DNA of 64,000 nucleotides from an uncultured Candidatus Saccharibacteria bacterium. GTDB taxonomy: Bacteria; Patescibacteriota; Dojkabacteria; GCA-002793355. The position numbers and the translations under genes were made by a program. Position 1 is the first letter of the stretch. Every line of letters starts with the position of its first letter. Of the stretch, positions 48,289 to 57,691 are shown in pieces. Under the pieces are notes generated by a model that saw only the letters and a list, made by a program, of their open reading frames with translations, was not told where the DNA came from and ran no database searches. The DNA is taken from assembly GCA_964525295.1 (NCBI GenBank), contig CAZGEO010000001.1, positions 150,360-214,359 on the forward strand. Direction: 5' to 3'.

Positions 48289-49845
48289 TTGCCGTTTTTT
48301 CGCTATACTATGACTATGTTCAACGTAAATACATTTGGCTCGAAAATATTAGTGGTTTTTTTTGCATTTTTTGCAGGACTCGCAGTTTATCTTCCATTTT
48401 TGGAAGCTTTTGCACTTACTCCTGCAATCGCATTTGTGCATCGTTTCAGTATAACGCTACAAATTGGTAGTCTTGAGAAAACACTGCAACCTATTCTCTT
48501 TGTGATTCCAATTTTATTCATAAAGGGGGCGCTTGAATACAATAAACGTTACGGTATTACCTCCTTGATTAAAAATAAAATTGTATGGTTAGTTCTCGCT
48601 TTATTACTTATTGACCTAGTTTCAGTCGCGACCTCAAGCCTCAAATCAACATCTTTCGTTGCTTTTGCCGTTCATGCAATTAACATTATGGTATTTCTGA
48701 CCAGTAGCATTTGGCTAAGAATTGTCATTGATATGTTACAAAAGCCAAATCTTCAAAAGGCCGCCTTACGCATTACGAAAACTTTTATCATTACACTCGC
48801 AGTTTTCACCATTACGAATGCTGTGGTTTCGACTTCTCAGTTTGCGGATTGTTCATTTTCAGATGGCGCATGTCACCTATGGAAATCAATCGACACAAAT
48901 TTCCCCAACCGCTTACTCGAAGTAGGGCACCAAAAATTTAGTTACGAATCACCAATAATAGCTCGAGCACCAGGCTTTTTTGGTGATGTCAATTTTAACG
49001 GGATGTTCTCACTATTCATCTTAGTTTCAACAGCAGCACTCTATTTTTTATCTGAGGTATTGAAAACGAAAAAAGGTTATTCACCCATAAAAGAGCAACG
49101 AATTTTGATTGCAATAATTGCTGCAAGTACCATTTCTTTCTTACTTACATTTTCAAGAAGTGCTTTGCTCGGCGCAGGCATTTTAACAATAGTCTTATTC
49201 TTTGCATTTATCTTACCCCTGTTAAAAAATATTGAATTACCAAAGCTTTTTTGGAGCAACTTACTAAAAATTTCTGCAGTAGCAACAACTGCGTTGGTCT
49301 TAACATTCCTTATTGGTTTCGCGATCCCACTACAAGGTGGCGAGAGTAGAACGTCAATTTCAGGAAAAGTTCTGACATACATTGGCGAGGCAATTTCAAT
49401 CAAAGATTCTTCTGCGAACGGTCACCTTATTCTATTTCAAGATGCATTGAAACTTGGCTCACTTAAACCGATTTTCGGCCACGGTATTGGAACATACTCA
49501 CCAATGTACCAAAAATTCATTAATCCTGCCGATGCGAATTCAAACCCACACTCAACTTACGCGATGCTTTACGCTGAACAAGGAATTGTTGGATTGGTTG
49601 TTTACTTTGTTGTAATCATTTTGTTTTGGATAATTGCAATAAATACGATCCGTAAAACAATTCGCGAAATTGCTATCGCATTCAAAAATGAGAAAAAACT
49701 AAGTAAGGAATTTTATATGACATCTCTCGTTCGCATTCTTCTTGCACTAATTTGCTTTGGAATTCCATTTTACTCAATCGCAACTACAACTTATTATGGC
49801 TTCTTTTTGCCTATGACGTGGTGGTGGGGAATGATTGAATCATAA
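48289..49845 (+). CDS. Polytopic membrane protein of 518 aa. Possibly a Wzy_C/O-antigen-ligase-like glycan polymerase or oligosaccharyltransferase.
   Basis: At least 10 TM helices. A loop segment and ...FSRSALLGAGILTIVLFFAF resemble Wzy_C (PF04932) topology. The family call is tentative. Confidence 0.4.
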   Translation: MPFFRYTMTMFNVNTFGSKILVVFFAFFAGLAVYLPFLEAFALTPAIAFVHRFSITLQIGSLEKTLQPILFVIPILFIKGALEYNKRYGITSLIKNKIVWLVLALLLIDLVSVATSSLKSTSFVAFAVHAINIMVFLTSSIWLRIVIDMLQKPNLQKAALRITKTFIITLAVFTITNAVVSTSQFADCSFSDGACHLWKSIDTNFPNRLLEVGHQKFSYESPIIARAPGFFGDVNFNGMFSLFILVSTAALYFLSEVLKTKKGYSPIKEQRILIAIIAASTISFLLTFSRSALLGAGILTIVLFFAFILPLLKNIELPKLFWSNLLKISAVATTALVLTFLIGFAIPLQGGESRTSISGKVLTYIGEAISIKDSSANGHLILFQDALKLGSLKPIFGHGIGTYSPMYQKFINPADANSNPHSTYAMLYAEQGIVGLVVYFVVIILFWIIAINTIRKTIREIAIAFKNEKKLSKEFYMTSLVRILLALICFGIPFYSIATTTYYGFFLPMTWWWGMIES

Positions 49846-49880
49846 ATGTTACTCTTTTCTAATTTAATCGTATAAAAAGA

Positions 49881-50420
49881 ATGGCTTTAAGAATGAAAAT
49901 ATTAGAAGATAATGGCAAAGAAGTAGACATTCCAATTGGAAAATCCGCAAGTACTGCGCTTGCAATAGGCAATAAAATAAAAAGTTTACTTGATCCAGAG
50001 AAAGAACAGAAATTTCCAATGACAACAGGCGATTTTGTTGAAGATAATCGCCAGCTACATCAACGAACCCTACACCATCATCTGGGAACTGTTAACGCTG
50101 ATAATATAGGAAAGATTTCAGGTTACCTCAAAGAGCATCAGATGCCAATTCCGGAGTCAATGGAAGAGCTCGAAGCTTTACTAAGAAATCAATCATTTGC
50201 AGGAAACATGAACCCAATAGCAGTTACCTCGGAGTCTTTCAAATTTACTGGTTTCGCATACCAGATTCCCGATTCTGAATATTTTCTTTGTATAGGAACT
50301 GAAGTCGCCAATATTGGCAGGGTTATGCAAGTCATTAATAGAGTATCTGATATGCTTAAGTATCCAACAGATACTTCGCGAGAACCAAGGATTTCGGTCG
50401 CAATAAGACGAACGATTTAA
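49881..50420 (+). CDS. Hypothetical protein.
   Basis: 179-aa ORF. No motif recognised. Confidence 0.4.
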   Translation: MALRMKILEDNGKEVDIPIGKSASTALAIGNKIKSLLDPEKEQKFPMTTGDFVEDNRQLHQRTLHHHLGTVNADNIGKISGYLKEHQMPIPESMEELEALLRNQSFAGNMNPIAVTSESFKFTGFAYQIPDSEYFLCIGTEVANIGRVMQVINRVSDMLKYPTDTSREPRISVAIRRTI

Positions 50421-50480
50421 CAAACTGGAGAACTGCACTCCAAGCGAACACAAAACCTGAAATTTCTGCTATACTTCGGC

Positions 50481-53399
50481 ATGACATTTCAGGAAATCAT
50501 TCAAACTCTAAATACCTTTTGGGGCAAGCAAGGCTGTTTAGTCGGGCAACCTTACGGCGTAGAAGTTGGAGCCGGTACAGGTAACCCAAACACATTTTTT
50601 AGGGTTTTAGGTCCTGAACCATTTAATGTCGCTTATGTTGAACCAAGTCGACGTCCTACCGATGGTCGTTATGGGCAAAGCCCGAATAGATTTCAACATT
50701 ATTACCAATATCAGGTCATATTGAAACCAGCCCCGAAATTCAACCAAGAACTTTTTATTGAAAGTCTCATTGCAATTGGGCTTGATCCAGAAAAACATGA
50801 TATTCGTTTCGTTGAAGACAACTGGGAATCAACGCCGCTTGGGGCTTGGGGGCTAGGATGGGAAATTTGGTGCGATGGTATGGAAGTTGCACAATATACT
50901 TATTTTCAGCAAATGGCGGGTATCCCGCTCGAGGTTCCAGCGCTAGAAATTACCTACGGTCTTGAGCGATTGGCAATGTATATTCAAAACGTTGACCACT
51001 ACAAAGACCTAAAATGGAACGAAACTACTACCTATGCGGATCTTTTCGAAAGACATGAATATTGGCAGGCAACACATAACTTCGAAACTTCAACACCAGA
51101 ATCTTTACAAACACTTTTTACAACTTACGAAAAAGAAGTTCAAACTCAATTAGAAAGAAAAAATTACTGGGGCGCATACGATTATTTATTGAAAGTATCG
51201 CACGCTTTCAACTTACTCGATGCACGTGGTATGGTAAGTGTTTCTGATAGAGTTGCAAAATTCGGCATGATGGGAAAATACTCAAAAGCAGTAGGGCAAA
51301 TGTATTTAGAAGAACGAGAATCACTTGGATTTCCACTTAAAAACCGCATGTCACCAATTAATTTTCAATTACCACTTGTTAATTCTCAATTAGAGAAGAA
51401 CGATAAGTATCAAAAAAACGTTGCTATTGTTGAACTCGGATTTGAAGAAATTCCCTCTGAATACTTAAGTGAGTGGAGTAGTATTGCAACACACAGCTGG
51501 CTTAAACAGCAGCTCAAGGCGAATGGTATTACCTATAGAAAGGCATATATTTACTTTACTCCCCGTAGAATTGTTATAAAAATCGTGCAACCTAGTAAAG
51601 TCGGTCAGGTAACACAAATTATCAAGGGACCTATGGCGAGTATTGCCTTTGATTCAAATGGAAACAAAACGCCAGTACTTGATGGATTCTTGCAAAAAAA
51701 TGGGGGGACACGTAAAGACACAAAAGTTGTTCTAATCAAAGATACAAAAACTAACAAAGAAATCAGCATCGTTCAACTACACAAAGAATTGAAAGTTTCC
51801 CTTGGCGAGGCGTTGCAAAAAATTGCTCAGCAAATTCTTGATCTTGCGCCAAAAACGAAGTGGATGGTATGGGAACAAAACGTTCCTGCCTTCATTAGAC
51901 CTCTCAGAACAATAGTAGCCTTTCACAATGACAAAAAGTTGTCAATTTCACTCATGAACTGCAAGAGCAATACTTTGACCTCCCTGCCTCGTTACGAACG
52001 ACCTGGATGCATTTCTTTGAAGTCAGCTCAAGAATATCTTGCGTTCCTACAAAGCTACGGAATTATTCTTAGCCCAAAGAAACGAGCTGCTCGCATAACT
52101 CGCGAATCTAGCGAAAAGAATACGCAGAAAATCGGCAAGTTTACAGCAATGATAGAGAAGAACACCTTCTTAACCGAAAATCCACATGGTAAACAGCTTG
52201 CACTTGAAAAGAGGTACACAGAATTACCAAAAGAACTCGTGACACTTATCCTTGAGAAGAATCAAATGTATCCAATGACTTCAAATGACAAAGGTGAGAT
52301 CTTCTACCATATCGTCGCCAATCATTATCGAGTTCACAAGAAAATCGAACATGGAAACCAGAAAGTTGCAAAAGCACGTCTTGATGATGGCTTATTCTAT
52401 TTCCAACTCGATATTCAAAAGAAACTTGAAGATTTTGAGATTGGTCTAAAACAGGTTGGATTTCATCCTAAAGCTGGTACCTACTTCGATAAAAAGAAAA
52501 GGATTTCAGATTTAGCAGAAAAATTCTACAAGCAAATGAATAAAGCTATGCCCGAAACAGTACAAGAGGCACTTCGATTGATCAAAAATGATAAGGCTAC
52601 GGCACTCGGAAAAGAGTTTCCATCGCTTGAAGGAACAATTGGCAAGGCTTATGCACTGCGCCAAGGGATAAATAAAGAAGTTGCGGATATGCTTGCAGAT
52701 CATTACTTACCACTAACGCCTGAAGGAGAATTACCAAAAACGGAAGGTGCAATCATATTAAGTATTGCTGACAAAATCGATTCATTAACGACGTTAGCTC
52801 AAGTTGAAAAACTACCAGAAGGTAGTCACGATCCATTCGAAATTCGCAAAACAGTTTACAGATTACTTGCCTTGTTATTAAAAGGGAATGTTTCAATTGG
52901 TGAGTTGCCATTCAGCGACGCCCTTTACGCCTTTATTAACAAGCGATTTCAACAAATTCTTGAAGATGAAGGTATTCCGCACTGGATTGCTAACGGCGTA
53001 AGCAAGAGTAAAGAAAAGGATTTTGCGAGAAAGTATGAGTACGCAAAACGATTGCAACAATTGACGGCTGAAAAAAATGATACGGCTGAGCAGGTTTTAG
53101 ACACGATGAAAAGAGTAAACAATATAACCCAGAAAGAACCTGAATTACGCATCTCACTTGATGAAGTAAAGCCTGCGAACCTAACGATACAAGCTGAAAA
53201 AGATTTATTCAATCTACATCAAAGAAACAGTGAAGGATTCGCACCAGAAGCAATATTCGAACTTGGGGCAACCTTAAACAACTACTTCACTGACGTCTTA
53301 GTCATGGATAAAGATCCCGAAGTTAAAAGACTTCGAATTGGTCAATTGAAACTTATTCAAGAGACACTAGAGAAGAACTTCATGCTCGATTTCACTTAG
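50481..53399 (+). CDS. glyQS: Glycyl-tRNA synthetase, bacterial alpha2beta2 type, with alpha and beta fused into one 972-aa chain.
   Basis: N-terminal ~290 aa match GlyQ (TFQEIIQTLNTFWGKQGC...QYQVILKP...WGLGWEIWCDGMEV...ITYGLERLAMY). The remainder matches the GlyS beta subunit. Confidence 0.9.
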   Translation: MTFQEIIQTLNTFWGKQGCLVGQPYGVEVGAGTGNPNTFFRVLGPEPFNVAYVEPSRRPTDGRYGQSPNRFQHYYQYQVILKPAPKFNQELFIESLIAIGLDPEKHDIRFVEDNWESTPLGAWGLGWEIWCDGMEVAQYTYFQQMAGIPLEVPALEITYGLERLAMYIQNVDHYKDLKWNETTTYADLFERHEYWQATHNFETSTPESLQTLFTTYEKEVQTQLERKNYWGAYDYLLKVSHAFNLLDARGMVSVSDRVAKFGMMGKYSKAVGQMYLEERESLGFPLKNRMSPINFQLPLVNSQLEKNDKYQKNVAIVELGFEEIPSEYLSEWSSIATHSWLKQQLKANGITYRKAYIYFTPRRIVIKIVQPSKVGQVTQIIKGPMASIAFDSNGNKTPVLDGFLQKNGGTRKDTKVVLIKDTKTNKEISIVQLHKELKVSLGEALQKIAQQILDLAPKTKWMVWEQNVPAFIRPLRTIVAFHNDKKLSISLMNCKSNTLTSLPRYERPGCISLKSAQEYLAFLQSYGIILSPKKRAARITRESSEKNTQKIGKFTAMIEKNTFLTENPHGKQLALEKRYTELPKELVTLILEKNQMYPMTSNDKGEIFYHIVANHYRVHKKIEHGNQKVAKARLDDGLFYFQLDIQKKLEDFEIGLKQVGFHPKAGTYFDKKKRISDLAEKFYKQMNKAMPETVQEALRLIKNDKATALGKEFPSLEGTIGKAYALRQGINKEVADMLADHYLPLTPEGELPKTEGAIILSIADKIDSLTTLAQVEKLPEGSHDPFEIRKTVYRLLALLLKGNVSIGELPFSDALYAFINKRFQQILEDEGIPHWIANGVSKSKEKDFARKYEYAKRLQQLTAEKNDTAEQVLDTMKRVNNITQKEPELRISLDEVKPANLTIQAEKDLFNLHQRNSEGFAPEAIFELGATLNNYFTDVLVMDKDPEVKRLRIGQLKLIQETLEKNFMLDFT

Positions 53400-53886
53400 C
53401 GATACGCCCCGCTAATGCTGGTTTGATGGTAGCAAAAACTTCGAGTGAATCTGTATCTACAACTGCGCGCATGACACCTGTCGGTTCGTTTTCAAGAAGA
53501 AAAGCAATATGCCTAATACCGTGCGACAAAACATCTTTCGGTAATATTCTGCGTGGCCTAGGAATATGAGCGTTTTCTGAATGTGCTACTGAAAGTTCTG
53601 AAAGACGTAACAACCCAGGGTTCATCGACTCAAAGGAAAAAAGATCAGAGTAGGCGAGATACGTCAATACTAACTGAGCAGGTTGTTCATATCGCCAACT
53701 TGTTGAATGCAAGATGTAACGATCTTTTTCGGTAAGAAGACGATTATCTGCAAAGAGAAATTCGAGATATTCTGCTGCAACTGAATCTGGGTCACGGTTT
53801 TCTTGAGAAATAGAAAGTTTCTTTTGTAGATAATGAAATCCTTCTGGAATACACCTAACCAAGAAAAGTTCTAATTCTAGCTTCAT
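53392..53886 (-). CDS. Hypothetical protein.
   Basis: 164-aa ORF. Start overlaps the upstream gene stop (ATGA). End overlaps the glyQS stop by 8 nt. Confidence 0.4.
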   Translation of the reverse strand: MKLELELFLVRCIPEGFHYLQKKLSISQENRDPDSVAAEYLEFLFADNRLLTEKDRYILHSTSWRYEQPAQLVLTYLAYSDLFSFESMNPGLLRLSELSVAHSENAHIPRPRRILPKDVLSHGIRHIAFLLENEPTGVMRAVVDTDSLEVFATIKPALAGRIAK

Positions 53887-54572
53887 TTAGCAAGTTGCAT
53901 CATACAATCTTTGGTAAGCTCTTTCTCTTTGAAAGTATAGCCGTATTCTTCAATAACCGATTTTGGTAATTTCATCTTGATAATTCTAAATGGGGTATTT
54001 ACCTGTGCGGTTGTGACGCAACTACGCCCGGGCTTAATTGCTGCATAATGAATAACTGGTTTTTTACCTGCCCAACTTAGTGATTCAAGGCTCAATTCAT
54101 TACCTGATGTCCCATACGTTGATGCTATAACCGCAACGACTTCGTTTTGCCAATCGATAACTGGCATAACTTCGCCTTCACATTTTTTTACATACATAAC
54201 ATCGGCGTAACAAACCTCGTCATAAAGCGTATGATAAATTTCTCTTAATTCATTAACATTCGTTGCTATTCGATTAAATTCTAAGCCCACACGTTGTAAT
54301 TTCGATGAAATTCCAGATGCAATAATTTGCATTTTAATATCTGATTCGGCAACAACGGTAGGGCAGACGAATTCGCATGAAGAACCGCTTCTACCAACGA
54401 CTGTACCATCAGAGCAAACTCTTGCATCATTTGTACAAGCAAGTTGTTTTTTATTGCTCGCGCGAGTAGTATTCCACCACATCGAGCCGAATAAAACTAC
54501 CAAAGATAGGGATAAAATTCCAATAAGTGCCAATGGAGAAATGACATTGGGCGATGTCGCTTGCTCTTTCAT
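53883..54572 (-). CDS. Hypothetical membrane-anchored protein with a Cys-rich extracytoplasmic N-region.
   Basis: Signal anchor ISPLALIGILSLSLVVLFG. CTNDARVCSDG..SSCEFVCP. Length 229 aa. Confidence 0.4.
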   Translation of the reverse strand: MKEQATSPNVISPLALIGILSLSLVVLFGSMWWNTTRASNKKQLACTNDARVCSDGTVVGRSGSSCEFVCPTVVAESDIKMQIIASGISSKLQRVGLEFNRIATNVNELREIYHTLYDEVCYADVMYVKKCEGEVMPVIDWQNEVVAVIASTYGTSGNELSLESLSWAGKKPVIHYAAIKPGRSCVTTAQVNTPFRIIKMKLPKSVIEEYGYTFKEKELTKDCMMQLAK

Positions 54573-54633
54573 AACATAGAGTAACTTCTTTGGATACTGC
54601 TGTCAACTTTGCAGAATAATTACGTTGACTGTT

Positions 54634-55737
54634 TTAGCCAATTGGCAATTCTGTTTGTGCTGAACCGTCAGTATCGACGTCGGTAATTGCAACAGTACTC
54701 TTAAGGCGCGCGCCAAATTTGTCAAGAAACTTATCTGTCTCTGCGTATTTTTGTTGAGCATGAGTTAAGTGACTACCGATTGTATCGTAAGAATTCAGAA
54801 CTCTCACGAACTCTGCTTCCATACTTTTAATCGAATCTAAAATCTCTTTTGCTTTCTTACTTACCTGCATTCCTTTCATTCCCAACAATACAATTTGGAT
54901 ATACGCATATAACGTGCTTGGCGAAACAGGAACGACATGCTTATCAAAACAATACCTCTTAATGTTCAAATCTTCATCATCACGAATAACCGTTTCGTAG
55001 TATATATTTTCTGCTGGAATATACATAAAAGCGACATCAAGCGACTTATCTTCCTTCGAAATATACTTTGAGGCAATCGCATCTACATGTTTTTGAATGT
55101 CTTTCTTAAGAATCTTTTTAAGTTCGTTCTTCTTTTCTTCACTTTCTGCTTCATTAAGACGTACGAAATTTTCTAACGGAAATTTCGCATCGATAGGAAG
55201 GAAGGAATCGTTAAATCTGACAATCGCATCTACGATGGCATCGCCTGCCTTATATTTATACTGAAATTCGAGCATATCTCGTGGCATGAACTCGACAAGG
55301 AGTGATTCCAGCGATTCTTCGCCCCAGCCACCACGCATTTTTTGAGCTTTAAAAACATTGGTTAAATCGCCAATACTTTTACCTAGGTCAGTAATTTTCT
55401 TTGATCCTTCTTCAAAAGCAGTAATTCTTTCGCGTAGATCACCGATGACCTTACTTGCTGTGGTAAGACGGTCGTTAACTTCTTTCGTAGAATTTTGCGT
55501 AAAGCCCATATTTTCTCGAACTCGTGAGGTCACATGTTCTTTCACTTCATTCATACGGCGCTCAAATTTCTCGTCGAGAGATCGAAGTTCTTCTGTGACT
55601 TTACCTTGAATTTGTACATTTTCTTGCTGAACAGCATTCAAGCGATAGGCAAGAAAAGCAACTAATAATACTAAAGCAATAATGACAATGATAAGAAAAA
55701 GTTCCATTGAGTATGGTAACACATTCTTAATTGTCAA
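54634..55737 (-). CDS. rmuC: DNA recombination protein RmuC.
   Basis: N-terminal TM, a long coiled-coil, then the RmuC core ..FKAQKMRGGWGEESLESLL.. and C-terminal nuclease-like region. Length 367 aa. Confidence 0.8.
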   Translation of the reverse strand: MTIKNVLPYSMELFLIIVIIALVLLVAFLAYRLNAVQQENVQIQGKVTEELRSLDEKFERRMNEVKEHVTSRVRENMGFTQNSTKEVNDRLTTASKVIGDLRERITAFEEGSKKITDLGKSIGDLTNVFKAQKMRGGWGEESLESLLVEFMPRDMLEFQYKYKAGDAIVDAIVRFNDSFLPIDAKFPLENFVRLNEAESEEKKNELKKILKKDIQKHVDAIASKYISKEDKSLDVAFMYIPAENIYYETVIRDDEDLNIKRYCFDKHVVPVSPSTLYAYIQIVLLGMKGMQVSKKAKEILDSIKSMEAEFVRVLNSYDTIGSHLTHAQQKYAETDKFLDKFGARLKSTVAITDVDTDGSAQTELPIG

Positions 55738-55740
55738 TTC

Positions 55741-55778
55741 TTAATTGTCAATTCTCAATTTTCAATTATCAAGCTGAG
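55741..55778. repeat. Direct repeats of a near-palindromic AATTGTCAATT motif (two 14-mers TAATTGTCAATTCT plus CAATTTTCAATT) upstream of rmuC.
   Basis: TAATTGTCAATTCTTAATTGTCAATTCTCAATTTTCAATTATC. The same words recur at 30478-30508. Confidence 0.6.
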
Positions 55779-55834
55779 ATTGGGTGATTATGAGCAATAA
55801 AGTTAGCCAAACGATACCGAAACGAACTAAAAAT

Positions 55835-56452
55835 CTACAAAAATTTCTTCAATATTTCGGCGTCTTTCAGCAAGACTGCGCGCATACTGCCGTTATAAAG
55901 CGCAACAGCGGGGTGATATAACGTCACTAAACAGACCTTTTGATTGTTCAATTTTCCTTTGAAAACCTTCCCATGCATTTGACCGATTGGTTTTAATTCG
56001 TCTTCAAGACCAAGTTTCGGCATTAAATACTGCATTGAATGGCGCCCTAAAGTAACAAGAACTTTTGGTTTAATAATTTTGATCTGGCGATCGAGTAGAG
56101 GTGCGTAGTAAGCGACCTCAGCTGGCAAAGGATCACGATTCTTTGGGGGTCTATCTTTAACCAAATTGGTAATATAAACATCTGCGCGAACTAAACCAAT
56201 ATGTTGCAAGAGAGTATCTAAAACTTTTCCAGAGGCGCCGCAAAAGGGGTGCCCTTGTTTTGCTTCAGTCGCTCCTGGGGCTTCACCAACAAAAAGAATA
56301 TGCGCTGCAAGGTTTCCTTCTCCAACTACTGAATGAAAGCCATTTTCTTTGCGAAACGAAAAGAACGGGGCACGCTCATCATTAATTAATTCGTCACGAA
56401 TTTTATCGAGAGCCGCTTGTCGTCTTTCCAATTCTTTTACTGATATGGCCAT
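55835..56452 (-). CDS. Uracil-DNA glycosylase, family 4.
   Basis: Motif A HILFVGEAPGATEAKQGHPFCGASGKVL. Motif B HPA near the C-terminus. Cys ligands present. Length 205 aa. Confidence 0.8.
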   Translation of the reverse strand: MAISVKELERRQAALDKIRDELINDERAPFFSFRKENGFHSVVGEGNLAAHILFVGEAPGATEAKQGHPFCGASGKVLDTLLQHIGLVRADVYITNLVKDRPPKNRDPLPAEVAYYAPLLDRQIKIIKPKVLVTLGRHSMQYLMPKLGLEDELKPIGQMHGKVFKGKLNNQKVCLVTLYHPAVALYNGSMRAVLLKDAEILKKFL

Positions 56453-56469
56453 ACTAGCTTCGAAATCAG

Positions 56470-57612
56470 CTAATATTCCATCGGATCACCGTGAAAGTAG
56501 AGCATTTTCCCACATAGAGCACAGTTTGTTTTCGTTGTTGTTTCGGCCTGCTGATTAAAATCTTTTGCAAAGGCAAGCATCGAACCAAAAAGCGAAGTGG
56601 TTGAACTAATTTTCACTACTTTAAAGTCATTTGCTACACCGGCTTTTTCGGCAAGGGCTGAATAGACATCGTCGCGAGTGCCAACCTTGTCGATTAATCC
56701 GTATTTCAATGCTTCAGTTGTTCCATAAATCAAAGCTTTAACATCCTCTCGAATTGTTGTTTCTTTAATTCGTCGGCGAGAAGCAACAAATTCAACGAAT
56801 TTATCATATTCCTTTGCGACACCGTCTTTCAAAACAGTTAGTTCTTCGTCAGTAAGTTTACGAGTAGGATTTCCAATATCTTTGTACGTACCACCCGTAA
56901 TATAATTAAGTTCGATACCCCCCTGGGTACCAACACTTCCGAGAGATACAAGCTTATTGTAGTATTCGAATGGCCCCATAATTACCCCGATACTTCCGGT
57001 TAAACTGCCTTGTTCTGCATAAATAACGTCAGCAGAAGCGGCTGCCCAATAGCCACCCGAGGCTGCCATATCTTGAACATACGCATAGACTGGTTTTTTA
57101 GTTTGTTCGCGATAATAAGATACACCATCGGCAATAGCTTTTGCTCCTACAATAGTTCCACCTGGTGAATTGATGTATAAAACAACGCCTTTAATATCAG
57201 GGTCAGCGGCAGCCTTTACTAAATCGTCCTTAACTCGATATCCAAAGATATATTGCCCATTAACGAGTGCATTTAAAACGCTATCGTCATATTCCTGTGC
57301 AGCACTGAGAATTGCTTGATCAATGTATATTGCTAATAACTTGTTTTTACTGTCTTCATTTCCATAAACGTACGAATAAGAAAGCCCGCTTTTACCTGAT
57401 TCTGTCGATACGTCGGAACCACTCGCAGAAAAGAGTGCAACCATAGCGACACTACACAATCCGCAAATTGCAAGAATTGTCACTAGGATTGCGATAACAA
57501 TACCAAGATTACTTTGCTTAGGAAGATGATTTTGAATAATAATTGGCTGTTGTGCATTATTTACCGTTTCTTCAGCTTTTGCTGCTGTATGTTGGGAAGA
57601 GAGTTCTGACAT
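56470..57612 (-). CDS. sppA: Signal peptide peptidase SppA (S49, 36K type).
   Basis: Catalytic Ser region YINSPGGTIVGA and DMAASGGYWAA. N-terminal TM. Start taken at MSELSS (57612) rather than the track start 57693, to leave a divergent promoter gap. Confidence 0.75.
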   Translation of the reverse strand: MSELSSQHTAAKAEETVNNAQQPIIIQNHLPKQSNLGIVIAILVTILAICGLCSVAMVALFSASGSDVSTESGKSGLSYSYVYGNEDSKNKLLAIYIDQAILSAAQEYDDSVLNALVNGQYIFGYRVKDDLVKAAADPDIKGVVLYINSPGGTIVGAKAIADGVSYYREQTKKPVYAYVQDMAASGGYWAAASADVIYAEQGSLTGSIGVIMGPFEYYNKLVSLGSVGTQGGIELNYITGGTYKDIGNPTRKLTDEELTVLKDGVAKEYDKFVEFVASRRRIKETTIREDVKALIYGTTEALKYGLIDKVGTRDDVYSALAEKAGVANDFKVVKISSTTSLFGSMLAFAKDFNQQAETTTKTNCALCGKMLYFHGDPMEY

Positions 57613-57691
57613 CAAGAAAATCTTAAGTTTAACGTGACAATCGTAGCATAGGGAGATGAAAAGGGGAAGAGAAATGATATAATATAGGTCC

